Shown here in pieces: positions 1-12,478 of a stretch of 64,000 nucleotides of DNA. Source of the DNA: Amphiscolops sp. MND2022 (Eukaryota). The stretch spans positions 8,990,001 through 9,054,000 of the forward strand of contig OZ076411.1 of NCBI GenBank assembly GCA_964187785.1, in the 5' to 3' direction. The notes beneath the pieces are model-generated. The model saw only the letters and a program-made list of their open reading frames with translations, did no database searches and had not been told where the DNA came from. The translations under genes were made by a program, and so were the position numbers. Position 1 is the first letter of the stretch, and the number at the start of each line of letters is the position of its first letter.

Positions 1-2
1 AC

Positions 3-158
3 TGTTTGACCAATGGCGACAATGAGAACATAACGATCGAGGCCGACGTTGAAAACCAAAAATTGTTTGAGAAACGAGATTTTGTTATGTTCAACGGTGA
101 GACTGGTACGAACATAGCCACCACTGAGGATGATGATGATGAAGTTTTCATGAACTAA
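3..158 (+). CDS. 3' end of an unidentified ORF entering from outside the window (probably Polinton accessory gene)
   Basis: Frame 3 is open from base 3 to TAA at 156-158 (CLTNGDNENITIEADVENQKLFEKRDFVMFNGETGTNIATTEDDDDEVFMN*); no recognisable motif. Confidence 0.3.
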   Translation, partial: CLTNGDNENITIEADVENQKLFEKRDFVMFNGETGTNIATTEDDDDEVFMN

Positions 159-560
159 ACGTCTCTTAAAGCTCGATGTTTTGTTGTACATGTGTTTGTT
201 TGTTCTTGCGCGAGCGTTAACTCTGACATTTTTTAATTTTGGCCAACTACTCATTACGTTTCACTTATTGGCTTCTAAATAGGCATTTTTTCATACAGTA
301 CTTCGGTTCTCATTTATACTCATCAGGCTAACCCCTCTGTGACGTGTTGCGTATACAAGTTTGTTTCCGGACCGTTTTTATAAATACCTTCTTCATATAA
401 TTTATGTTGTTGATTTTGTTTTTTTTTTACTATTTGGAATCTTCATCAATCTTACAGTAATTTTAATTGCTTCTGTGACACGTTTAATTCTTGTTGCATT
501 GCGGTTGTTGCAGATTATTCCAAGGGGTTCAATCCTGAGCAGTACTATAGTGTAAATCGA

Positions 561-3500
561 ATGCCACAAAGACGTAGTCTGTTGCGAGCGGCCAGCAGAG
601 ACTATGAAGTGTACTTCACGGACATTGAAAGTGTGCTGGATAGAAATAAAGAGATTTTCAACCACCTCATCAACAAATTGATATCTGAGATACAGCAAGA
701 TCTTCCTGGTCATTCACACAGTATTCGATTGGTTCTGAATGCGCCTACCCTCAACTATCCTATTCATATCCCATTCTCGTCCGTAGCGGATTTCAACGCC
801 GAACTGATTCTCGATGAAATTGACAGGGTCGTTAGTTCCAACGAGTCATTTGATATTAGCAACAATATCAAAGTCAACGTTTTGAGTGTTTCTTTACCAA
901 CAATGGGCGGGAACCAGCTTGGAGGCATACAGAGCAGGACTGTTCCCGATATCAAGCTCTTCACGAAACAAAAGAAGTCAATAATTGTAATCAAAAGTGA
1001 CCAGAACGATTGTCTTTTGCGGGCCATAGCAATTGGCATCAAAGTTAGGGAGCGATCTGCCCGGCCGCCTAATAAAAGAAAAACGACAAAAAACTTGCAC
1101 CTGGATCGGGCTTCCGTGTAAACGCGTGAAATGCAGCATTTGATAACCCTTCTGAAATCTGATCCAAGCATCCCCCAAGACGAATTGCAGACAATTTTGG
1201 CTGGTGGTGCTTCCTCGAAAAGACTTCCCACCTCTGCCTTTGACGACTCCTCTACTGGGTTGCTTCACTATCAGACAGCTCGAACCTCTCCTGCTTCTGG
1301 TAAACCTCTTGCTCTACAAGATTTAGAATTTTTGTCTCAGTCGCAAGTGTTGAAAGACTTTTGTTTATCTGTTTACGATAGCAACATTATGGGCACGTTC
1401 CTTAAATGTTATAATCAGGAAGCACAGCAGAATACCGACTTTTTGTATGATGCTCAAAACAGACATGTAGATTTAGCTACCTCAATGAAAGGACTATTCG
1501 ATGCTCGCCACTACTGTTACAGTTGTCACAAGGCCTTTCCCACAGTGAAGCATTTATGCTCTGCCAATGGTTGTTTGCTGTGTCGGCAGCCTGGCTGTCT
1601 CAATAGGACCGGTTTCATCAACCTTACGCCGCTCAATTGGACTACCTCGTCCAATGACTTGTCAAAGACCCCTCGCCAGTCACCGGTTTTCCAGTGTAAT
1701 AGATGCAGGCTAAGTACGAAGCCAAAAGTGTCTGGATTGCCTTGTTACCTCTGGGGTGTGTCATTTGTACACTTTGTGCCCTAAATGCGACAATACTGTA
1801 CCTAAGCGAGCATTCTCCAATCATATTGGCTCAAAAAAACGCTGTTCTACATGCTCCGTTCATTACTCATCGTCAGACAGTAAAAACACCTCTTCGCCTT
1901 CATCGGAACATCAATGTTTCGTACAAAAACCGAAGAGATGTATAGAGCGAGAAATACCGGATGGTGATACCAGTAACGAATTTCCTGACTGTGAAATATT
2001 GGGCGGAGAGAATTATCGTGAAGAAGTTGAGAAAGAAGATCCGATGACGCAAATCAAACGCAGGAAAATGAGCAACGCTCCAGTCGATGACGATGGTACT
2101 GTTACGTCCCGTGACCAGCCAGAAAACAACTTTGCACGAGCTCCCTCGGATGACAAAATTTGGGTTTTTGACATAGAAACTGACCAGAGTTGTGGCAATG
2201 AAGGGCTACATAAACCAATTCTACTGGCAGCAGAGTCTTTGACAGGTTATGAAGTTATTTACAGTGGCTACGATTGTATAATCGATTTTTGTGAGGATGT
2301 TTTTGCTAGTGTTGAAAGGGTTTGTCAAACTGAATAGTTTATTGCCCATTTTGGCAGTGGGTTCGATTTCCTACCAATCCTGGAATGGCTCTACAAACAA
2401 CACAAATATGTTCCCAAAATTTTGCTCAGAGGTAACAAGGTTGTGTCAATGCGTGTGGGGAATAAACGATTCATTGACTCTTATCTTTTCATCCCGATAC
2501 CTTTATCAAAATTTCCCACAACGTTCAATCTCAAGGAATTGAAAAAAAGGATACTTTCCTCATTTTTTGACATCTAAAGAGGCCCTCTATCCCGCCGCTA
2601 CTTCAAAGCTGCATAGTTTACAAACATGCGAGAAAGGGGAAAACTGCAATCTGCGCAAAATTGTTTCCAACGACTGCTATCACTGTGTAGCTACACAAAG
2701 CAATGTTAGCTGCTTCAATGCAGGAAATGACCAAGAAGATGAATGCCAAGAGTTTGCTCTCAAAGAAGGCCAATTTCCACCCGCGTGCCTTTTTGCTTTG
2801 AATTCGATGAAAGGACAGCAAACGGTGAGCACGTTTTTGGAATGGCACTCAGCACAGACCCAGCTTTATAAAGTTAATAAGCTCGTTTACGACTTTCAAC
2901 AAGAACTCGTGTCGTACTGTCAGTTAGATGTTAAACTACTCAAAGAGGGTTTTTTGAAGTTTAGAACATTAATCAAGAAAGTGTGCAGCGGAATAGATCC
3001 GTTCGAAGTCGCTTGCACAGCGGCATCAGCATGTAATTACATTTCTAGACAACTATTCATGCCGAAGGACTCCATCGCAATCCTCCCTCAGAACAGTTAC
3101 ACGGGCAATGAGTTAACGTCTTTCCCGGCTGCCGTTTGGCTGTCGTGGGTGGAACAAGTTGCAAATGATCGGAAGTCAAACGAGTTCAGTATTCGTCTGT
3201 ATAAATCAGGCGGAGGATTGAAGCGAGGCAGAGGTAAGGAGCAGACACTTGGATCATTCAAAAAAGACGGACTTCTTCTGTACAAACGAACTTCTCAATC
3301 AAAGAGTTCCGCATGTGGGAGTGTTGTCCAGAAACCACAACTGTCGATAGTTTTGGAGTTTTTTGGATGTTACTTCCACGGGTGTCCTTCTTGTTATACA
3401 GACCGAGATGAGGTTAATAAGAAACGAAATGCTACAACAATGCATGATTTGTACACCACAACAGTTATGGACAGACTGGACTGGATATCAGCTCAAATCG

Positions 3501-5528
3501 CGAACGGCACAGTCTTCACAACAACAGATAACTTACGTTTTGTTACGCATAGTATATTTTTCATTTGGGAATGTGAGTTTAAAAAACTGTTGGAACTGTC
3601 CATATCTGAAGACAAAGAAGAAATTGATACAACGTGGACGCATTTGCCGAGGTCAGTAGCAGAAAGACTCAGCCGCTCCCCCTCGAGCATTTCCGATGAC
3701 ATCCAGCAGGTCGAACAAAGTCGTGTAATACATCAGACCTTACTGTATCGGCTGAGTAACATCAAACTACTGCAACAGATGTCAAATGACAGCCTTCGTT
3801 ACAGTCCGTTACAGCCTTGTGACGCTTTTTTTGGAGGAAGAACAGAAAATTTTGTCATGAAGTGGTCTCGACAACTACAGTCTCAGACCTTCAAGTATGT
3901 CGATGTTTGTTCGCTGTACCCATATGTGAATTCGAGGTCAGTGTACCCTTCAGGGCATCCTGATTTGATTCTGATTGCTACAGAACAGCAACAACAATCG
4001 ATTGCGCGTAAAGAAAAGGCTCTGAATAACAGCAAGTTGCTTTGACGAGGATGTGAATGTAGCTCGAAGTAAAGCTGTGGAGTTTAAATTTTTGGATCGG
4101 GTTGACAGGATTCTTACAATGCCCAGTAACGAACGAGACTCGGGAGGAGATCAATGTGAAGCTGAACAATCACATTCTCTGCCTCCACCACAGAGGTTCC
4201 GAAAGTTTTCGCAACGATCGCTTTTGGAATTCCCCTTAACTTTTGTTGAATTAAAACTGAAAAACGAGGATTATTTTGGTCTGATAAAATGCCAAGTACT
4301 GCCACCGTCTGATATACATCTACCCATTTTACCATTCAAATTTCAATCGACACTGTTTTTTCCGCTATGTCGAAGTTGCGTTGAAGAAAGATCCAGCATG
4401 CCTGACAAAAAGAGTGTGGACTTGACATCAAAGAAGTGTGTTCATCGCTAAGTAGAAGAGAGGAGTTTCTGAGGCACATTTGATACCCCAGAAGTTAAGC
4501 TTGCTTTGGAAAATGGATACCGAGTGATAGATGTAGCAGAGATTTGGAGTTGGTCGAGAGCAAAAAGGTCTGTGACATTGTTCAAAGAATATATCGATAC
4601 CTTTTTGAAAATAAAAACGGAGGCATCTGGTTGGCCAAAAACATGCCGCTGTGAAGAGAAGATGAATTCTGATTCATCGACAGAAATGATATGCGAGCAT
4701 AAGAGGCGTTACCTTCAGGAGATGAAGAAGAAAGAAGGCATTTCACTTGACCCTGCGAGGATAGAGAAAAACGAAGGTCTACGTTTTATTGCTAAAATAC
4801 TTCTGAACAGCTTCTGGGGTTATCTCGGAATGCGGGATAGTATGCCAAAAACGAGGTACGTCAACAACTATCGAGAGGTCGTGGACTATTTAACATCGCG
4901 AACAAAAAGAGTTACTGATGCGACTCTAGTGGGCGATGATTTGATGCTGCTACAATATCAACTCATTGATGACGCGGCAGATGCTCCACGGAAGACAAAT
5001 GTGATTCTTGCTGCCTTCACAACTGCACATGCTCGCATAATACTTTTCAACAATATGCAGCTGGTGAAAAATCCTAAAAGTGTACTTTATTGTGATACAG
5101 ACAGTATCATGTATGTCCACGATCAATCTCTGACCGATTCCCCGGATATCTCAATTGGGAGTGGACTGGGCAAAACGACCGACGAACTGCCTCCTGATGT
5201 CTTGATTGACAAGTTTTGGAGTGCAGGGCCAAAGTTTCATTGCTTGTCTGGTCACAACGTTAAAACAGGACTGGAGTATAATATTTTCAAAGTCAAGGGT
5301 GTAACGCTGAATAGGGCTACAGAGAAAACATTCAACCGCGATACCTTCAGAAAACTCGTGCTTGGTGAGACTCATGAATTGCGAAGTCCTTACAGTAGTC
5401 TGAGTCTTTGTGTTCGAACAGGCCAACTGAAAAACAAGTTTTGTGAAAAACGAGCCCGAGTCACAAGTAACAAACGTGTTTTCAACACAAATTCCGGCGA
5501 ATCTACACCGTTTGGTTACGTCGGTTGA
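561..5528 (+). pseudogene. pPolB: Protein-primed family B DNA polymerase (pPolB), fragmented by stops and frameshifts
   Basis: N-terminal KKSIIVIKSDQNDCLLRAIAIG and Cys clusters; ExoI FDIET (ORF 1756); ExoII AHFGSGFD just past TAG 2335-2337; ExoIII YCQLDV; FFGGRTE; motif A YVDVCSLYP; motif B KILLNSFWG; motif C YCDTDS. Spread over ORFs 561, 1131, 1756, 2567, 4053 and 4506. Confidence 0.94.
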
Positions 5529-5725
5529 ACAATACCTTCTCATTTATTTTAGACATACATAAATTTTATCAAGTTTGTAAAACATTAGTCCTTGTTGTGT
5601 GGCTATTACTTTGCTTTTGAAAATAAAATTTGTGCTTAAATCTCGGTTGATCATCTGGATTAAACATCCTCCTTGGTTAATAATCAAAACTGGCCCAATT
5701 AACGAACTGCTGTGTTTTAGACTTT

Positions 5726-6328
5726 TTGTCAATGGAATTCCGACGCAAATCATTGTCCTTTTATGCCCATTTCATTTTTTACCCGAACCCAAACTCTGAC
5801 GACAAAGCAGTGAAGCAATGTCTGTACGTACGGGAAAAATTATGTGAGATGTTCGCTGCTAGAAATGTCGATTATCTAATGGGGGCACATCTTTTCAGTT
5901 GTTACAGACAATGCGGTTACAATTTTGATGAAGTGCGATGCATTTTTGATGTGTCACCGCAAATACAAAATGGCAGGTTCCCATCTGGACAGTGTTACAT
6001 TTTGCCGGAGCCAAGGGACGCCTCCACTATCGACAATCACATTCACATTTTAGTCCATGTACCAGCAGCAAATACCGCAGGGCAACAATGTAAGGTAGGC
6101 TACGATGTCTCTGTACAATCAGTCGCAGGAAAGAATCCATCTGCTAAGCGTATAAAAGTGGAAGAGGCTGCACAAGTTTCTGTTTCTGGAAACAGTGGCA
6201 ACCTGACCGTCAATGAGAGAAGCGCAGATTTGCCGAGTGCCACCATTTCACCCTCAACATTACCTGTTGACACATTTAGAGACCCTCTTGACCCAGTTGT
6301 TACTACAGAGACCAACATGAATTGGTAA
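5726..6328 (+). CDS. Polinton accessory ORF of unknown function, with an HUH-like HIHIL motif
   Basis: 200-codon ORF co-oriented directly after pPolB; globular N-terminal half, Ser/Thr-rich tail. Confidence 0.5.
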   Translation: MSMEFRRKSLSFYAHFIFYPNPNSDDKAVKQCLYVREKLCEMFAARNVDYLMGAHLFSCYRQCGYNFDEVRCIFDVSPQIQNGRFPSGQCYILPEPRDASTIDNHIHILVHVPAANTAGQQCKVGYDVSVQSVAGKNPSAKRIKVEEAAQVSVSGNSGNLTVNERSADLPSATISPSTLPVDTFRDPLDPVVTTETNMNW

Positions 6329-7100
6329 CTTGAAGGAGTTGTTCGCCAAATACAAAAATTTTTCAGCATCGACTTGAAAAACAAAGACTTTGGTAGCTTT
6401 TCAGTGCAACAGAGAAATGTATGTTGTCCTTACTCCTTGTGGACCAGCTTTGTTGTTGCTGCTGGCGACGGTTTCACCACAATCGTTGGAAATACCTTCA
6501 ATTACGCAATGAAAATGGAGCGAAAAAGACAATCGGCAGACTATGCAAACAGAGAGCTTTTTCCGAAGCGAGCCCCCAAAATGAAGGCCCGTGTTCTTTG
6601 GGAACTTCATTGTATCTCTATGCAACAGAGTCTGTAGTAGTATTTACGTTGTCCGTAGTGGTTACTTGTAAAAAATATTCGTCTAAAATTTATTTTTCTT
6701 TCAAATCTTTAGCTGGCCCAGCGAGTTTTTTCCCCATGTTTTCTTGGAAAAGTCGGCTATCATTGGTTTTATTTTTACAATCTAGTACTCGATTATTTAG
6801 TATTGCGTGTTTTTGGAAAAGACCATTTTGCTCAGTTTCAATACATTGGAGCGGTCAGACATGTTTGCGCTGACTTTGTCAAAACTTGAATAGTTTTTTG
6901 AAATTGCCCGCAAATTCCACAGGCATTGCCCAAAAACTAACTTTGATATCATAGCTGATTATTGCCTCAAAGAGATTGCAGCAAGTTACGAAAGCGATAT
7001 CGATCACGATGCTATTTGCCGGAAAATTCACCTACAACTCGACAATTCCGTCCCCCGACGTTTTTATTTCAATCACATTCTGTTTTTAACGGTAATTATC

Positions 7101-7466
7101 GTGGAAACGAATTCTTGTACATGTCAAGGAGTTTGTGATCAATATGCTATCAACAAAATTTTCAAAATGGGTGATTTGTCGCATTGTGCACCTTGGGGCG
7201 GTATATTTGGACCTGGAATGACCGTCAGAAGGCATTACGTTTTTTCAACTATATCGTCAATTTTGAAGTTACACGATGTTTTCCATGATGCTTATGGCCA
7301 CTTGTATCGGACTCGTCAGAAGGGCCCCGGTTACAACTATATGCTACCATTTCAGTTACTACCAAATGTTTTTTGGCTTGGGCATTTTACAGGTTTTCTC
7401 TTCTTCTTGTGGTTAAAAATCAGGTATTCCACTCATTTCAGATACTTTGGCGCACTTCTCAAATAA
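7101..7466 (+). CDS. Polinton accessory ORF, possible PLA2-like protein with hydrophobic C-terminus
   Basis: GGIFGPG...LHDVFHDAYG...GPGYNYML followed by the hydrophobic stretch FWLGHFTGFLFFLWL. Confidence 0.5.
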   Translation: METNSCTCQGVCDQYAINKIFKMGDLSHCAPWGGIFGPGMTVRRHYVFSTISSILKLHDVFHDAYGHLYRTRQKGPGYNYMLPFQLLPNVFWLGHFTGFLFFLWLKIRYSTHFRYFGALLK

Positions 7467-7494
7467 TTGCTCCAGCGATTGACATCCAAAAGCC

Positions 7495-8522
7495 ATGTCC
7501 GCCTATGTTCCATTATCAGATTCTTTGCGCATTGCATTGCAGTTCTACCAAAACTTTCCTACACAACCCAACAACTACTCGCATAACCCTCTACAATTGC
7601 TCTATCCCAGAGTGTATCTAGTTAAAGAGCAACCCCGAGGTTTATATGGGGCAGTGCCATTGGATTCTGTCGGTCGCACGCAGCAATTTGATATGAGCTG
7701 GGAAGAGTATTGCAGTTTAATTAACAGCAAACCTCTTGCAATGAACATTTTGACATTTCGTGACTACACGAATGCTCAGAATGACAACACGAGAATTCAA
7801 CGGGGTATCCAATGTACAGCCGGCCGTCACAAATTCTCCTCTCTCATTTACAAAGCGGAATAGCCCCCCAGCAGCCCAGTAACACAATGTCAGTCCAAAA
7901 CCCTGGCTTTACGTCCAATCATGTTGTTAACAATACAGCAAATTACGGTTATTCAGCCCAAAACACTTTGGTTAGAGAAAGGCCATACATGACGAGGCAC
8001 TATACATCACAGCATACCAACGGATCCAATCATTTTATGATTATTGCCGGTATCTGGTGTAACAATACTTGCTGTGTGCCCAGAACCTCTATAATTCCGA
8101 CATTGAGAAGTTACGCCCCGCAGCCGAGCACATCTAGTTTTGATGGGATGACGCAACAAGATTTAAATACAATTGACTCCAATCGAACTGCTAGCACGCT
8201 CACTAACAATCCTTCAGTCCAGCCAAACAACTCCTGCAGTTCATCAATTATCGCTGGTGGCCGATCTTCAACATCATCAGACTTGCGCTACCTTCCGGCA
8301 GCTAATATACGTGCTCCTGTCGAGCAGCAGTCAGAGACGGACAGTGACAATAATAGCGATGATAACATGGGTGACTATGACTTTGACAGTGAAGTATCTG
8401 ATGACGAATTTCAACTTCCTCCTGACTCAATGACATCCATTGCTTCGACGATTAACAACTTGTCGGAGCCGGTTGTAACCCCAGTAGCTCCCATTACATC
8501 GACAACAAGCCTTTTGACATAG
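7495..8522 (+). CDS. Two overlapping accessory ORFs (7495-7863 and 7812-8522), possibly one frameshifted gene; S/N/D-rich low complexity
   Basis: Co-oriented ORFs of 122 and 236 aa inside the element; no motif recognised. Confidence 0.35.
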
Positions 8523-8952
8523 TGTCCTATTCATGTTTTTTTGTGTGTTCAGAGTTTGCCAGTACTTTTTCATTGTTTTTGTTCAAACCTTATTCTAACT
8601 GTATATTTTTGTTTGGTTCCTATCAGTTTGTTTTCAAATTTTTTCTTCTTTATGTGCACATTAATACTATGGATATATTTTATACTGTGGATAATGTGTT
8701 TTTTTTTGGCTTCTCACTACTTTGTTTCAGTATTGTTTTGTCTCAGCTTATACTAACGAAGTCACTGTACAGAGATTCTCGATAATAATGTCTATTTGCT
8801 TTTAAGATGCATGGTTGCGATACAATTTGTACACGACGGAACAGACGAGGACACAAATATAGACGAGATTAAAAAAGAGTGACATCTCGCCTCTTAGTGA
8901 ACGAAAAGTTGGTAACAATTCCCCTGGTTCATCAGAATTAACCTCTTACAAG

Positions 8953-9537
8953 TTGCCGGACCTCCACAGTCAGAGTCAGAGGGTCAAAGCTAACAATCGA
9001 CAAAATGATGAGTCTTTTTGTGAGTCCATTGCGCAGTCACCGCGTTGCTTACCGTTTTCTCAATCGGTAATTTCGACAAAACTTGCTGTCGTTTTTATTT
9101 CGGACGCATTCTGTCTGTTGAAACTTATCACATCCCAAACTGAAGCAAGCACAAAACAGAACCGAGAAATAACTGACAATTCGTGTCACGATATATCGAT
9201 TTATATGAGCATTCTGAGCTCAACGTTAGAATATCTTATTCCGGCCCCGAGAGTACCTGTGAAAGTCCAAAGTGAGAAAAGACAACGCACTGTAAAGAAA
9301 TCATCCAATGAACACTCAAAAAGAACGGAATTAACAGCGCAATGTTTTTCATCACCTCAAAAACGTCACGATCAGCAATCAAATGAAGCAAATCTGGGAA
9401 AAAACGAGGTTCCGGCTGTTTCAACCACTTCGGTTGCGTTGCCGATTGAACCCGACACGCACATTGAAGGCGTGGATTACCCTGACTGTGATTGTTTGCC
9501 AGAATCAAATGCAACACTAAGTCTTTACAACCAGTGA
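8953..9537 (+). CDS. Polinton accessory ORF, unknown function
   Basis: 194-codon open frame upstream of the ATPase; no motif recognised. Confidence 0.35.
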   Translation: MPDLHSQSQRVKANNRQNDESFCESIAQSPRCLPFSQSVISTKLAVVFISDAFCLLKLITSQTEASTKQNREITDNSCHDISIYMSILSSTLEYLIPAPRVPVKVQSEKRQRTVKKSSNEHSKRTELTAQCFSSPQKRHDQQSNEANLGKNEVPAVSTTSVALPIEPDTHIEGVDYPDCDCLPESNATLSLYNQ

Positions 9538-9760
9538 AAAGACGCAATAAATCGTTCCTGCAGTATAAATTTTGACGTGGAAGAGGACTCTGACATTTGG
9601 CTCTGCTTCAATTGGCAAGTAAGCCGAACTTTTTTCATTTTTTTCTCACAGATTTTTCTCGTCATGGGTCTTGTTTTGTTTTCCGTTAGTAGAATGTTAT
9701 TGGTATCCTCACTGAATTGTGAAGTACGAACTGCTCATTTCATGATTCTTTCCACTTGCA

Positions 9761-10860
9761 TTGCCTACTTGTTACCCAATGCTGATAATCTCGACAGATC
9801 AAATAAATAACGAAATGAATAAATTAATTTCCACAGAAAATCGCATTTTTATGTGTATCTGTGGCGCATCAGGCTCAGGTAAAACACACCTTTTACTAAA
9901 CATGCTGACCAGTCGTTCCGACGGTATTTTCTGGCCGAGGTTCGAAAAAGTTTTCCTCTTCTACCGCCATTGGCAAACAATATATGAACAATTTTATCAA
10001 GATGTGCCAAGCAAAGTTTTTTTTGAAGACGTGGTTGAAACGGAGAACGAAACCGGCCTTGCAAAACTTGGTAATCACCAATCCCAGGTCATAAGACAAG
10101 TCATTCAAGAATAGATAGACTGATTTCAAAACTCTTGGATCATCAATCCCAGGAAAGCAAATACCATACAACGTTTGGAAATGAAAAAGCATTGGCAATT
10201 TTTGATGACTCGTGCGAAGAAATTCTTCAGAGCGCAACCTTCGCCAATCTTGCAACTGCTGGTCGACATAAAGGGGTCAATGTGATTGTTATCAAGCATA
10301 ACTTGTACCAGCAGGGTAAATATTGTGTCACGGTCGACAAAAATACAACACATTTGATAATTCTCAAGTCACCAGGAATAGGTCGGCAGCTCAGGCTACT
10401 GGGGTCCGAACTGGAATTTGCTGATGCTGCGTTCCTTCAAGATGCTTACCAGCTGACCACATCCGTGCCACATGGACACCTGCTGATTGATCTCAGCACC
10501 AACTGTCATGATGCCCTCAGGTTTAGCACTCGTATCTGCAGAGCTAGCGACGACATAACTACCCTGATTAAACAAAACAAACAACGATCAAAAGTGCATT
10601 TAACCACCAACATTACGCAAAGGAAAGAGAAACCAGATAGTCGGATCCTCATCAATCTCAAAAAAGTTCTACCGACTGGGTTTTACGTTCCTAAAACAGT
10701 TTTCAACAATTACGCTCGTGTCTATAAATATCACACTGTTGGCACACACAACATTACTGTAAACAGGACCAAAAACTATCCAATCATTGCCTTTTCAGAG
10801 TTGTCGCCCTCTTCTATTCTTTACCGCGAATATGCATTATACAGTCCGAATCATCGTTGA
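9761..10860 (+). pseudogene. Polinton DNA-packaging ATPase (FtsK/HerA, A32-like), frameshifted near 10075-10110
   Basis: Walker A GASGSGKT, Walker B LAIFDD, and motif GRHKGVNVIVIKHNLY; the two halves lie in different frames. Confidence 0.88.
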
Positions 10861-10921
10861 GGCTGTGAATTGGGTCACGCCGAATCGAATTATTTTTGGT
10901 ATTACAATGGGATCAATTTAG

Positions 10922-11539
10922 ATGGAAGAATTTGTTTTGATTCCCCTATCTCATTACCTTGAGCTTTCTTCATCGGTCAGCGATATCAACAGTACTACAG
11001 CAGATACTACTTCACGTTTCACGACCCACCAAACACATTATCCAAATGCTCCGAACTCTGAGCCCGATGTAACATTTGAAAAACAATCAAACTCCAGTGA
11101 AGAGCCTCCCGCCGCTGAAAAAGAATGGCTCCAAGGAATTGTTGAACCTTTACCGGAATCCAAAACAGAGAAGGAATCTGAAAAAGACCTACAAAAGACT
11201 CAACATGAATTGTCTATCCGCAGAAATAGAGTTCAGGGGTTAATAGACCTGATGATATCAACCAGAGGTATAAGATTCAATAAATCCAATGCTACATTCT
11301 CTTTCACGAGTAACAATTTGGCTCATGAAACGCCAACGAGTAGCATCAAAATTCTACAGTTTCCCCGCGATCTTCAACAGTATCGAAAAAAGGTGCCCCA
11401 AGAATACTTTCTTGTTTTGAACATTTTATTCCCCCCAACAAAGGCAATTTCTTTAAAACGAGCCAATGATCTTGTAATCAATCGCAATTGTCTCAGCTAC
11501 ATCACTAATCAAAACGTTCATACACAGCGAATGCAATAA
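10922..11539 (+). CDS. Polinton accessory ORF preceding the integrase
   Basis: Intact 205-aa ORF starting MEEFVLIP, between the ATPase and the integrase. Confidence 0.55.
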   Translation: MEEFVLIPLSHYLELSSSVSDINSTTADTTSRFTTHQTHYPNAPNSEPDVTFEKQSNSSEEPPAAEKEWLQGIVEPLPESKTEKESEKDLQKTQHELSIRRNRVQGLIDLMISTRGIRFNKSNATFSFTSNNLAHETPTSSIKILQFPRDLQQYRKKVPQEYFLVLNILFPPTKAISLKRANDLVINRNCLSYITNQNVHTQRMQ

Positions 11540-11571
11540 CTTTCGAACGTAGCAGGCATCGAAATATCAAA

Positions 11572-12478
11572 GTGAAGAAGCTGATTGAGTCAGAATATCG
11601 TAAACTCCATGGAATCTATACCTCCCCAAGTGACCCGTCCGCTTTTGGCAGCGTTAAAAATTTGGTGAAAGCAAGTGGCTTGCCACGTTCTAAGGTCTTG
11701 GCTTACCTACAATCGTCGTCGACGTACACAAAGTTCAGGGCGACAAAACGGAAATTCGCTCGCTTACCTGTTGTATCGCTTAGCATTAACCATATTTGGT
11801 CACTGGATGTGGCATATATGGAGAAATTGGCCAATTTTAATAATGGTAACAAATACTTACTTCTTGCAGTGGACACGCTCTCTAGGAAAATTTGGGTGCA
11901 ACCGATGTTGAACGAAACAGCTGCAGCTGCTAAAGCAGCCTTCGAGAAAATGTTGAATTTCGAGACGATGCAGTCCCCCATTAAGCTATGGGTGGATCAA
12001 GGCAAAGAGTTCAGGGGTGAATTTTTGAAATTTTGCAACGATAACGACATTGAAGTTTACAGTACTTTCAGTGAAACAAAAAGCTGTATGGCCGATCGTT
12101 ACATCATGACACACAAACTTTTCTCTACAAGTATTCGAAGAACATCGAACTTTCAAGTACGTTCATCTACTTCCAAAATTTGCTTCTCTTGTAAATAGGC
12201 GTTACAACCGCGCCATTGGTATGCCTGCTGCTAATGTTACTGCTAAAGACGTTCCCAAACTAATTGCTCTCCAATTTGAAAAGTCAAAGTCTCGTCCGCA
12301 GAAACCTCAATTTGAAGTCGGTGATCAAGTACGTATTGCGGTGAAAAACATGCCATTCCGGAAAGGCTACAAACAACAGTACACCAATGAAGTTTTTAAA
12401 GTTCATCAAGTTTGTAAGCCTAAGAAAACTGGGCTGGCAACGACTTACAGATTGGAAGATATCAAAGGCGAGCCAATT
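11572..12478 (+). pseudogene. Polinton retroviral-like (rve) integrase, frameshifted at ~12115-12160 and C-terminally truncated
   Basis: YTSPSDPSAFGSVKNL N-terminus, WSLDVAY, LLAVDTLSR, LWVDQGKEF; the third catalytic position reads ADRY rather than AER. C-terminal PQFEVGDQVRI...FRKGYKQQYTNEVF...TYRLEDIKGEPI. Confidence 0.92.
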
